A DNA stretch of 48,037 nucleotides from a virus: the IMG/VR virus record IMGVR_UViG_3300045594_000630; one strand, 5' to 3'. Position numbers and translations under genes: made by a program. A model generated the notes under the pieces. The model was given only the letters and a program-made list of their open reading frames with translations. It had not been told where the DNA came from and made no database searches. Below, piece by piece: positions 37,392 through 46,013 of this stretch. Position 1 is the stretch's first letter. Every line of letters begins with the position of its first letter.

Positions 37392-38321
37392 ATGGCGGAC
37401 ACCGCTGTACTCATCGTTGACGGCAACAATATCGCATGGAGGGCTGCGTCCGTGATAGATCTGGAACGATTCAGATCTGAGGGTGACGACCTTAGTCTCG
37501 ATCTTCTCGACCGCATGCTGGCGAAGCGGATGCGGGAGATGCAGTCAGATGGATACGACCGTGTGATCCCACTGATCGCATTCGACGCCGGGTACAAGCC
37601 GATCGTGAATGACGCGAAGGTGGATCGGTACGCTTTCTACGATACGTACAAGGCGAATCGCAAGGATGACGGATCAGATCCGGATAAGACCGAGCTGAAT
37701 CATCTGAGAAGCAAATGGAAGAACCGGTGGCGAGATCATCTGCTAGATACAGGTGACGTGGTGATCGAGCATCCGTGCGTGGAGGGCGACGACATCATCG
37801 CGTACTCATCTGAGCTTGTCTCCGGACAGACCGGATCCAACGTTGACGTGGCCATATGGACCGTGGACAAGGACATGATGCAGCTCATTGATGACGACCC
37901 TGACAGCAGGGTGATCATGTATCGTAAACGATCTGCCGTCGTGAACGGGCGCAGGACGTCCATGGAGAAGCTGGTCGATACGGCGGAGGTTCTGAAGGAG
38001 AAGGGCGTTCCCCCGGAGAAGGTCAGGATGCAGCTTGCGCTCGCCGGCGACAGCGCTGACGACTATGCTGGTATCAGGGGCTACGGCGGAAAGCTCGGCG
38101 TGCAGATCGTGAATGCGTCTGACGGCATTGCTGACCTCACGGAGAATCTCATGATCAGTCTACGATCCAGGAAGAATCCACCCTCCGAATCCGATCTGAA
38201 GATCATCAAGTCAGATCTTATGCGGAATTGGACGCTTGCCGGATGCGGTAAGGACTGGATGCCGTCAACTGCCATTCAGGGCGTTGAGCTCGGTGTTGAT
38301 CACATTCTGTCATCACTGTAG
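37392..38321 (+). CDS. 5'-3' exonuclease / flap endonuclease (PolA N-terminal-like)
   Basis: IVDGNN, AFD, YKANRK, EGDDII, DKDMMQL, LAGDSADDYAGIRGYG (H3TH). Confidence 0.9.
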   Translation: MADTAVLIVDGNNIAWRAASVIDLERFRSEGDDLSLDLLDRMLAKRMREMQSDGYDRVIPLIAFDAGYKPIVNDAKVDRYAFYDTYKANRKDDGSDPDKTELNHLRSKWKNRWRDHLLDTGDVVIEHPCVEGDDIIAYSSELVSGQTGSNVDVAIWTVDKDMMQLIDDDPDSRVIMYRKRSAVVNGRRTSMEKLVDTAEVLKEKGVPPEKVRMQLALAGDSADDYAGIRGYGGKLGVQIVNASDGIADLTENLMISLRSRKNPPSESDLKIIKSDLMRNWTLAGCGKDWMPSTAIQGVELGVDHILSSL

Positions 38322-38378
38322 CGCCGGCGCGTCATATTTCCATCTACCACCGTCTCATGTTATGATGGACTTGCAAGC

Positions 38379-39965
38379 ATGAAGGTATGGATGGAGGATC
38401 CATTGAACAGTCATATCCGTTGGAAGCGTCTTATCGCAATAGTGGCCCTACTAGTCGTGGTCATAGGCATTCCGGTATTCTTGTTCTCCACGTGGTGGGC
38501 AGACGCCGGACACTTCATCGTCTGGTACTTGCAGGGATCATGGATCACGTGGACACTTATCGCCGCGAGCATCACTGCTTTCATTCTCGGATTCAGAGCG
38601 TATGGACGTGAATCATCCGGTCTGGTTGGAATCATCGTGGGGATCGTATCCATCCTCGGATTGATCTTCTTCATGTCCACGTACGGATACTTCTCGAAGC
38701 GCGGACTGCTTGAAGACTCTAACGTCCAGACCACGGAGTCTGCCGGCGAATTGTCATTCAAGGAGCGGGCCGCGTGGGACGTTGCTACGCAGGTGTCGAA
38801 TCGCTGGCTGGGCAACACGACGGGCGAATCCACAGGGACCGTGAAGTCATTGTCAGGATCTGGCGAATGGACCGTGTCCGTCGTGAAGAGGGGGATCGGC
38901 CAGGGCTATGAGTCAGTCCAGTCCATGAAGCTGCCGCTGTACGGCGAGGCGAAGCAGTCTGACATCAAGTTCTGCAAGTACTCCGCCAAGGCTGACAGAC
39001 GGCTTGGCGGGTTCTGGTGGTGGAACGCCCTCGGCATGGAGATCTCCAAGGTGTCTCCATTGAACACGATCTATGACAGGGATGACGCATTCGCGTCATG
39101 TGAGAGCGATCATCCGGTCTTATACGTCCCGTTGAAGAAGAACGTCGGCTTCCCGTACACGCATTCAGCGCCGGCCGGCGTGGTCATCTATGACGGCATC
39201 ACCGGTGAAGTCACGTACCACGCTGACTACAAGAACGTGAAGTATCCGGTCTATCCGCAGAGCGTGGCAGCCGACCAGCGTGAAGCTCTTAAGGCCAGCG
39301 GAAGCTATTGGGATTACCTGTTCGGCAGATCTGGCTACGAGGACACGTCTGGAGACAATGGGGATCCGAATGGTGCCAACAGGAATGAGTTCAATCTGTC
39401 CTATATGAAGGGCGGATCTGCCTACGTCTCCCCGCTTACTCCGCGAGGATCATCCACCTCGATCGTTGCCATCAGTACCCTGGGGAACAATACGATCACT
39501 TATGGCAAGCTTGCCCCCATCACCGTGAACAAGTTCGCCGACGACAAGAGCAGGCAGGCGAACTCATCCGTGGAAGCATCGATAACGGCAGGCGCGCTGA
39601 GCGGTTACAAGGCGGCCGGTCTCACCGTGTTCGAGATCGTGCCGTCAAGTGATGGCAACTGGACGGCAAGCATCGGGAAGTCTCAATCCATTCTTTATCG
39701 AGCGACGATCACGCTTGACGGTGACATCACTCTGAAGGACAAGGATGGCAACGTGGTGAACGCGGACAATGAATCTGCCGGCAATGACGACTCTGGTTCC
39801 AGTGATGACGGCAACGATCTTATCGGAACGGACGATGATGGATCGTTGAAGCTCAAGAAGCCCCTGAAGGACATGACGACGGATGAGCTCAAATCCGTGA
39901 GCAGGTCGATCTTAAGTGAACTCACTGCTATCAATGACGAGTTGTCAGATCGCGCGTCAAAGTGA
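38379..39965 (+). CDS. Membrane protein with three N-terminal TM segments and a large soluble domain
   Basis: 528-aa ORF upstream of the TelA-like gene. Confidence 0.8.
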   Translation: MKVWMEDPLNSHIRWKRLIAIVALLVVVIGIPVFLFSTWWADAGHFIVWYLQGSWITWTLIAASITAFILGFRAYGRESSGLVGIIVGIVSILGLIFFMSTYGYFSKRGLLEDSNVQTTESAGELSFKERAAWDVATQVSNRWLGNTTGESTGTVKSLSGSGEWTVSVVKRGIGQGYESVQSMKLPLYGEAKQSDIKFCKYSAKADRRLGGFWWWNALGMEISKVSPLNTIYDRDDAFASCESDHPVLYVPLKKNVGFPYTHSAPAGVVIYDGITGEVTYHADYKNVKYPVYPQSVAADQREALKASGSYWDYLFGRSGYEDTSGDNGDPNGANRNEFNLSYMKGGSAYVSPLTPRGSSTSIVAISTLGNNTITYGKLAPITVNKFADDKSRQANSSVEASITAGALSGYKAAGLTVFEIVPSSDGNWTASIGKSQSILYRATITLDGDITLKDKDGNVVNADNESAGNDDSGSSDDGNDLIGTDDDGSLKLKKPLKDMTTDELKSVSRSILSELTAINDELSDRASK

Positions 39966-39994
39966 TACCATGAACTATATGGAGGAGATCAAAC

Positions 39995-41314
39995 ATGAGT
40001 GAAGCACAGGCAGCAACGGCGAAATTTGATGCGTCAGTACTTGGTGATAGCGATCTGAGTGCATCTGAGCAACGGAATCTTGCCATGGCGAAGGATTCAG
40101 ATCCGGCATTGCAGGTGACCGGTCAAGATCAGGCGCCGTCAATGACGATGTCGTTCTACAATGCGTTAGACGATTCGACGCGGAAGGCGCTTGACGCGCA
40201 GGCCGAGGCGTCTTTCGAATCGTTCATGAACAGTGACGACAAGATCAATGAGTTCGGTAAGAACGCCGTCGAGGCTGTGAATGGTGTGGTCGACCAGCTG
40301 CTTGAGACGCAGAAGAACATGCGGATCCCCGTGATCGACGATCTGCTCAAGCAGGCGAATCGAGATCTGGATGGGTACTCGGCCAAGTACAAGGACACTA
40401 TCACCGAGAAGCGGATCCCCGGTGTTCTGAAATGGCTTGGGAATCGTAAGCGTGACTTCAATGACATGATCTATGACCGTCAGAACCTCGTCCACAAGAT
40501 CGAGGTTATTGATGGCAAGATCATTGGCAAGCGTGAAGAGCTGAAGCAGTCCGCGTCATACGTGAAGCAGCTTCTTATCAAGAACAAAGAATCAATGAAC
40601 AAGATGGTGGGTGTCCTGGCCGCGCTTGAATCCATCCACATCGTTGCCCGTAATCACGCTAATGACATCAAGCGCCAGATCAGCCTTATCAATCCGGACA
40701 ACGTCCATTACAATGAGCTTCAGGATCGGCTCAGCAGGATGGCCGAGGTCAGCAACGCTATCGAGCAGCAGCACGCGAATTACATGGCGAGACTGGCCAT
40801 AGCCAGGGCAACGAACAGTCAGGTCCGGAATCTGATGCATACGTCGAGCTCGGTCATCCGGAATCTGACGATGGTCCACACGCACACCGTCCCGATCATC
40901 AAGCAGACCATCGTTCAGATCGGTTACGCTGAGACGGTGAAGGGTGCGAGTGACGCGGCCGAGTCCCTTAAGAATGCGAATGAGCACGCTCTTGGGATCA
41001 TGGCCGACTTCAATGCGAAGGTCATCCCCGAGATGGAACGGAAGTCTCAACAGCCGATCGTATCCGCGGAGTCCATATCCAAGCTTACCGACAATGCAGT
41101 CGCCGGGAATGCCGGCATCGTTGAGGCCATTCGGCAGGGTCGTGAGGCTCGTCAAGCCCTGGAGAAAGCCGTCGAGGCGTCTAACGCCAAGATCAAGGAA
41201 TCAGATCTACTCCGTGATGAAGAGCTAGTGAAAGCCCTTCTTGACGAGAACAGGAATGACGACAAGGCTGTGGACGACTTCGACCGAATCGCAACAAGCG
41301 CATATCGAGGATGA
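39995..41314 (+). CDS. Toxic anion resistance (TelA/KlaA-family) protein
   Basis: All-helical; FGKNAVEAVN, IDDLL..ANRDL, terminal RQGREARQALE pattern; GGAGGAG SD. Confidence 0.7.
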   Translation: MSEAQAATAKFDASVLGDSDLSASEQRNLAMAKDSDPALQVTGQDQAPSMTMSFYNALDDSTRKALDAQAEASFESFMNSDDKINEFGKNAVEAVNGVVDQLLETQKNMRIPVIDDLLKQANRDLDGYSAKYKDTITEKRIPGVLKWLGNRKRDFNDMIYDRQNLVHKIEVIDGKIIGKREELKQSASYVKQLLIKNKESMNKMVGVLAALESIHIVARNHANDIKRQISLINPDNVHYNELQDRLSRMAEVSNAIEQQHANYMARLAIARATNSQVRNLMHTSSSVIRNLTMVHTHTVPIIKQTIVQIGYAETVKGASDAAESLKNANEHALGIMADFNAKVIPEMERKSQQPIVSAESISKLTDNAVAGNAGIVEAIRQGREARQALEKAVEASNAKIKESDLLRDEELVKALLDENRNDDKAVDDFDRIATSAYRG

Positions 41315-41376
41315 CATCATCCAGCGATATCTCAATCAAATAGACCGTCAATCAACAATAATATGGAGGTAATCAA

Positions 41377-41718
41377 ATGAGTAAGATCGACTACGGCGCG
41401 CTGGTATCAAAGATGGCGAACAGCGCTGGCAGGTTCACGCGGAAGGCTGTGGACACCGGTGTCAGCCTGGTGAAGCCGGAGAATCTTAAGGCTGCCGGCG
41501 ATGCCCTCAAAGGCGTTGCAGACTCGGCCGCCGAAGGATGGAAGAAGGCCGGGGACGAGGATAGCACCGAGGATCCCGTGGAGTCTGTCGGCAAGGCAGC
41601 CCGCAGGGCTGCTGATGCGGTCAAGGCGAAGGCGGCTGACGTGAAGAAGGGCTTCGAGGAAGCGGCTACCGCAGAACCTGAAGATCCGTCTGACGCAGAT
41701 GATGAATCCAAGAAGTGA
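41377..41718 (+). CDS. Small Ala/Lys/Asp-rich protein
   Basis: GGAGG SD; GATATC motif upstream. Confidence 0.75.
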   Translation: MSKIDYGALVSKMANSAGRFTRKAVDTGVSLVKPENLKAAGDALKGVADSAAEGWKKAGDEDSTEDPVESVGKAARRAADAVKAKAADVKKGFEEAATAEPEDPSDADDESKK

Positions 41719-41788
41719 CCTCAGCTGCATCTGAATGCATTGAAGATCATATATAAGCGTTGAGATCTCAACGTTCTTCATGATCATA

Positions 41789-41813
41789 AATGGCGACCTG
41801 AACGGTCGCCATT
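41789..41813. terminator. Hairpin between the small ORF and recA
   Basis: AATGGCGACC-tgaac-GGTCGCCATT. Confidence 0.5.
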
Positions 41814-41873
41814 CTCATATCCGCGGTACCATGTATCCAGTAATAACACATAAGAGATGACTGGAGGTCATAC

Positions 41874-43049
41874 ATGGCAAGATCAAGGAAGACACCGTCT
41901 GATACTGTGAAGTCTGGTATCACGGCCGAGGACAAGTTGAAGGCTCTGAAGCGGGCTACGGACGAGATCAATGAAGAGTTCGGGGACATGTCCGCGTATC
42001 TTCTCGGATCTAATCCAAAGGTCGAGGTCCATAGGACAAGCACTGGATCCCTCGCTCTTGACTATGTTCTTGGCGGGGGCGTCGCCGATGGAAGAATCCA
42101 CGAATTCTTCGGGCCGGAGGGTTCAGGTAAGACGTCAGCCGCTCTGCAGACCATTGGCAACGCGCAGAAGAATGGCGGGGTGGCCGCGTTCGTTGACGTC
42201 GAGCACGCGCTGGATCCAAGACAAGCGCATCGACTCGGAGTAGACATCGACAAGCTCATGTTCAGCCAGCCCGATAACGCTGAACAGGCGCTGAACATCG
42301 TTGAGATTCTCGTGCAGTCAGGGGCTGTTGATGTCATCGTGCTTGACTCGATAGCATCACTCGTCCCCAAGGCCGTCATGGAGGGCAATGCGGAAGATCA
42401 GACGATCGGCCTGGTCGCCCGGCTCATGAGCAAGGAGCTGGCTAAGATCGCCACGCTTGCCAGCAATTCGGGTACAGCGGCGATCTTCATCAATCAGGTC
42501 CGTGACGCGATCGGTGGATACGGCAACCCTGAGACCACGCCTGGTGGCCGCGCCCTGAAGTTCTACTCGTCCATCCGTGTAAGAATCAGCAAGGGCAAGC
42601 AGATCAACCGTAAGGTCAATGGTGAAGATCGCCCCGTCGGACAGGACGTCTACTTCCGTTGCAAGAAGAACAAGGTGTCCACACCATTCCTCACGTCAGA
42701 ATCCAAGTTCTTCTGGAAGAGAGGCTATGACACGGCGACTGACATCGCCACGTTCGGTAAGAAGTACGGTGTCTTCAATTCCACCGGATCCAAAGATCTC
42801 ACCAGTAGCCCTGACGGTGAGCAGATCTTGTGGAAGGGTGATAAGGTCACGAAGACTGACATGCTGATCTCCGCGCTTCAGGATAAGAAGTCTGGTCTGC
42901 TGGACAAGTACTACCCGATCGTCCTGCAGAAGATGGAAGAAGCCCAGGACTTCGACGATGAAGATGATCTGGAGGAAGATGAGGATACCGAGACGGGATC
43001 CACGGTTGACGATCTTGACCCCAATCTGGAGACAGAGCCAACCGAATGA
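41874..43049 (+). CDS. recA: Recombinase RecA (divergent)
   Basis: STGSLALD, GPEGSGKT, DVEHALD, SQPDNAEQAL, DSIASLVP, ARLMS, FINQVR, GNPETTPGGRALKFYSSIR, KNKV. Confidence 0.96.
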   Translation: MARSRKTPSDTVKSGITAEDKLKALKRATDEINEEFGDMSAYLLGSNPKVEVHRTSTGSLALDYVLGGGVADGRIHEFFGPEGSGKTSAALQTIGNAQKNGGVAAFVDVEHALDPRQAHRLGVDIDKLMFSQPDNAEQALNIVEILVQSGAVDVIVLDSIASLVPKAVMEGNAEDQTIGLVARLMSKELAKIATLASNSGTAAIFINQVRDAIGGYGNPETTPGGRALKFYSSIRVRISKGKQINRKVNGEDRPVGQDVYFRCKKNKVSTPFLTSESKFFWKRGYDTATDIATFGKKYGVFNSTGSKDLTSSPDGEQILWKGDKVTKTDMLISALQDKKSGLLDKYYPIVLQKMEEAQDFDDEDDLEEDEDTETGSTVDDLDPNLETEPTE

Positions 43050-43080
43050 TCATATGACGTGACACGGTAGGCAAGACTAA

Positions 43081-43103
43081 GGCGACTGAGTAGATCAGTC
43101 GCC
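43081..43103. terminator. Terminator hairpin after recA
   Basis: GGCGACTGA-gtaga-TCAGTCGCC followed by TTTCT. Confidence 0.65.
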
Positions 43104-43334
43104 TTTCTCTATGCTGCTGGAATACCTGATCATGGCATCATTCGCGTATCCACGGTCATGCGGAGATGTGATCTTGATAGCATTCTGCATCCATTCATGG
43201 CTATCAGATCCGTCAGGATCACCTGGCACTGTCTTCATGGCGAGGTCAACATGCTGGTCACGGATTGATCCGGTCAGCATCGACCCTAAGGCTACTGGTC
43301 CCAAGATGTGCAGTTGACGATCACTATCAATCAT
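43095..43334 (-). CDS. Possible small hypothetical protein (79 aa)
   Basis: Fills the recA-dnaG gap from an internal ATG (MIDSDRQLHILGP...); no clear SD. Confidence 0.35.
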   Translation of the reverse strand: MIDSDRQLHILGPVALGSMLTGSIRDQHVDLAMKTVPGDPDGSDSHEWMQNAIKITSPHDRGYANDAMIRYSSSIEKGD

Positions 43335-43386
43335 ATCCGTGGTAAAATAGATCCCGTATGAGTATTGGTAAGAGCAAGGTGATAGC

Positions 43387-45495
43387 ATGAGCGTAAGCTT
43401 CAGTGAGGCGAAGAGCATCATCAAGGAGCGAGTAGACCTTGTATCGTTCTTCGAGCGCCGTGGATACGATCTGAAACCATCCGGATCCACCCGTTACGTC
43501 ATGCTATGTCCATTCCATGACGAGAAGACACCATCGTTCAGTGTCAGTACGACGCGGAACAGCTGGAAGTGCTATGGATGTGGTAAGAGCGGTGACGTGT
43601 TCACGTATCTTATGGACAAGGAAGGGCTTACCTTCCCCGAGGCCGTCAAGACGATGGCCGAGGAGCTTGGACTTGACATCACCTCGTCCCCAAAGGAAGA
43701 TGAGGCCGATCATAGAAGATCGTCTCTACTCTCCATCATCAGTGATACCTGGGAATGGTTCCGGACGAACTATGACCAGCTCCCTGAAGATCATCTCGTG
43801 AAAGCACATGAGATCAGGGAGAAGCGAGGCATCAGCTCTGACGCGGGAGACAATCACGATCTTTTCGGATGGGCACCGGAGAACGGGAACCTGCTCGTCG
43901 TGTATCTGAAGCATAAGGGGCACTCGGTCGCTGACATGCTGTCGGCAGGCGTCGTGTATGAATCTAATTCAGACAACTCAGTGTACTGTCCATGGCGCGG
44001 ACGGTTGATGTTCCCGATCTGCGACATACTTGGCAGGGTTCTCGGCTTCGTAGGGCGTCAGGTCTTCTATCATGAGGGCGAGAAGATCAAGCGGAAGTAC
44101 GTGAACAGTAAGGAGAATGAGGTCTATCATAAGGGTGATCTTCTCTTCTGCGCGTCCATAGCCAGGGAGCAAGCCCATCGTGATCATACCCTGTTCGTGG
44201 TCGAGGGGCAATTCGACGTGATCGCCATGCAGCACGCCGGATTCGAGAATACGATCGCATCGTCCGGCACCGCTCTCACCCAGCAGCAAGCGCAGATCAT
44301 GAGACGGATGGTCGGACCTGAGGGCAAGATCGTCTTCATGTTTGATGCGGATGAGGCCGGGCAGAAGGCCGCACGCAGGACGCTAGCACTGCTAGGTCAG
44401 ATCCAATCACAGGCTTATGCAAGCATCACTGAAGGCAAAGACCCTTCAGACATGCTGCGCTTTGACGGAGCTGACGCTCTTCGGAAGCAAGCAGGGACAT
44501 ACGTCGAATTATGGCGGCATGTGGTCACTCATCTCGCCGACGATTATGATCTCAGCAAGCCGGACCAGAGGACAGCGTTCCTATCGGCATTCAAGACGAC
44601 CGTATGGGATCATCTGACGGACACCAGCGTCAGCGAAGATGCCGCCAGACTGGCCGCACTGATCTCAGGATCATCATACTCGACGCTTGTCCAGAAACTC
44701 GGTGCCCATAAGACCGATGACGGCAGATCGGGAGCGATCATGGTGACAGGCTTGTCAAATGACCCAGATCTATCCACGAATCCAACGGCGGCCGCATTGC
44801 TGGCGAACACGCTGGAGAATCCTGGACTCCGGCCGATCTTGAACATGGTTCGGATGAGCGGGATCGATGAGACCGTCCGTGGAATCATCTTGTCCGCGGG
44901 TGATGCTGTCATCGTCCCGGAGGCCTATGACGACGCTATCTCAACGTATATCACGCGACTGGACCGGATCATTGACAAGATGCATGAGCTTGAACGGGCT
45001 GCACCTGTTCTCATGAACCCTGCCCGGCTCGCTGAACAGCAAGTGCAAGCACTGCTTAAGGACAGGAAGCGTCAGAGGGAGCAATCGATCATCGCTCTGA
45101 ATCTTAAGGCCGGGCAGTCGACCAGTGAGGCCATCATGAAGACATATGATGACACGATCCGGACTGATCTGAGTAAGGCTGATGAGATCTATCATCGTAA
45201 TCTGAAGCGGGCCATGGATGCGATCGCCGACATCTCGAAGAAGAACGGATATGATCTTGCCGTCAAGCAGAATCTGGACTCTGACTACCTAGACGTCGGG
45301 GATCATAAGAACTCGTACTCTAAGAAGTTCGATGAGTACAAGAACGATCTGAAGACCCAGGCGATCACAGATCTGGTTGACTTGAATGAGCCGTCATACT
45401 CGACGGTCAATGGACCTGAATATGATGACGATGTCCCGTACTATGATCCCAGCGAGTACGATCTCTCCCATGAGAGCTGGTTCCCCGAAGATTGA
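43387..45495 (+). CDS. dnaG: DNA primase
   Basis: CHC2 zinc finger CPFHDEKTPSF...CYGCG, RLMFPI, KYVNS, TOPRIM VVEGQFDV, FDADEAG, KDP. Confidence 0.96.
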   Translation: MSVSFSEAKSIIKERVDLVSFFERRGYDLKPSGSTRYVMLCPFHDEKTPSFSVSTTRNSWKCYGCGKSGDVFTYLMDKEGLTFPEAVKTMAEELGLDITSSPKEDEADHRRSSLLSIISDTWEWFRTNYDQLPEDHLVKAHEIREKRGISSDAGDNHDLFGWAPENGNLLVVYLKHKGHSVADMLSAGVVYESNSDNSVYCPWRGRLMFPICDILGRVLGFVGRQVFYHEGEKIKRKYVNSKENEVYHKGDLLFCASIAREQAHRDHTLFVVEGQFDVIAMQHAGFENTIASSGTALTQQQAQIMRRMVGPEGKIVFMFDADEAGQKAARRTLALLGQIQSQAYASITEGKDPSDMLRFDGADALRKQAGTYVELWRHVVTHLADDYDLSKPDQRTAFLSAFKTTVWDHLTDTSVSEDAARLAALISGSSYSTLVQKLGAHKTDDGRSGAIMVTGLSNDPDLSTNPTAAALLANTLENPGLRPILNMVRMSGIDETVRGIILSAGDAVIVPEAYDDAISTYITRLDRIIDKMHELERAAPVLMNPARLAEQQVQALLKDRKRQREQSIIALNLKAGQSTSEAIMKTYDDTIRTDLSKADEIYHRNLKRAMDAIADISKKNGYDLAVKQNLDSDYLDVGDHKNSYSKKFDEYKNDLKTQAITDLVDLNEPSYSTVNGPEYDDDVPYYDPSEYDLSHESWFPED

Positions 45496-45508
45496 CCGGC
45501 AGAACGCA

Positions 45509-45573
45509 TTCAGACACATTCTAACGCACCGTAGACGTGAGAACATGCACGGCATGCGTTTTTTATTGCATGG
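45509..45573 (-). repeat. Dispersed ~90-bp element, copy D (partial, reverse orientation)
   Basis: 5 mismatches over 65 nt to the reverse complement of copy B. Confidence 0.88.
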
Positions 45574-45613
45574 CTGCTTGCAACCCTTAGAACGCAATCT
45601 AAGCATTCTCTTA

Positions 45614-45933
45614 TCAGTTGTATGAGTAGGCCTTATTCCGCGTGCATTGGAATGCCTGAGCACCGGTGGCAGGGCAATCCAGATCTGGGCCACTGACAAG
45701 ACACGTCTGGTTAGCGCTGTAACTATTCCAATTCGGAATATTGTCATGATTGTCGTCTTCAAGCACTTGCCCGGTATCGCTCAGGCAGTTCGACACGTTG
45801 ACAGCTCTACCACCTGCAGCATTCGTGACCATTCCAAAGACGGTCAGACCGAAGATGACGAAGGCCACGATGCCGATGATGATCGCACGGTCTCCGCTCC
45901 GGACTCACACCTTATGACTTCAACTATCCCCAT
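45614..45933 (-). pseudogene. Flp-like pilin paralogue 3 with a 1-nt frameshift
   Basis: MGIVEVIRCESG|AETV, then a 2-nt remnant (CG) where the paralogues have GAG, then IIIGIVAFVIFGLTVFGMVTNAAGG...SNC...YSYN. Confidence 0.8.
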
Positions 45934-46013
45934 GATGGACCCCCGATTGCAGACAGACTTGATGGCAGTAAGATAAAGACCCGCCTACCGTCATGTCAGG
46001 CAACGAGTCCTGC

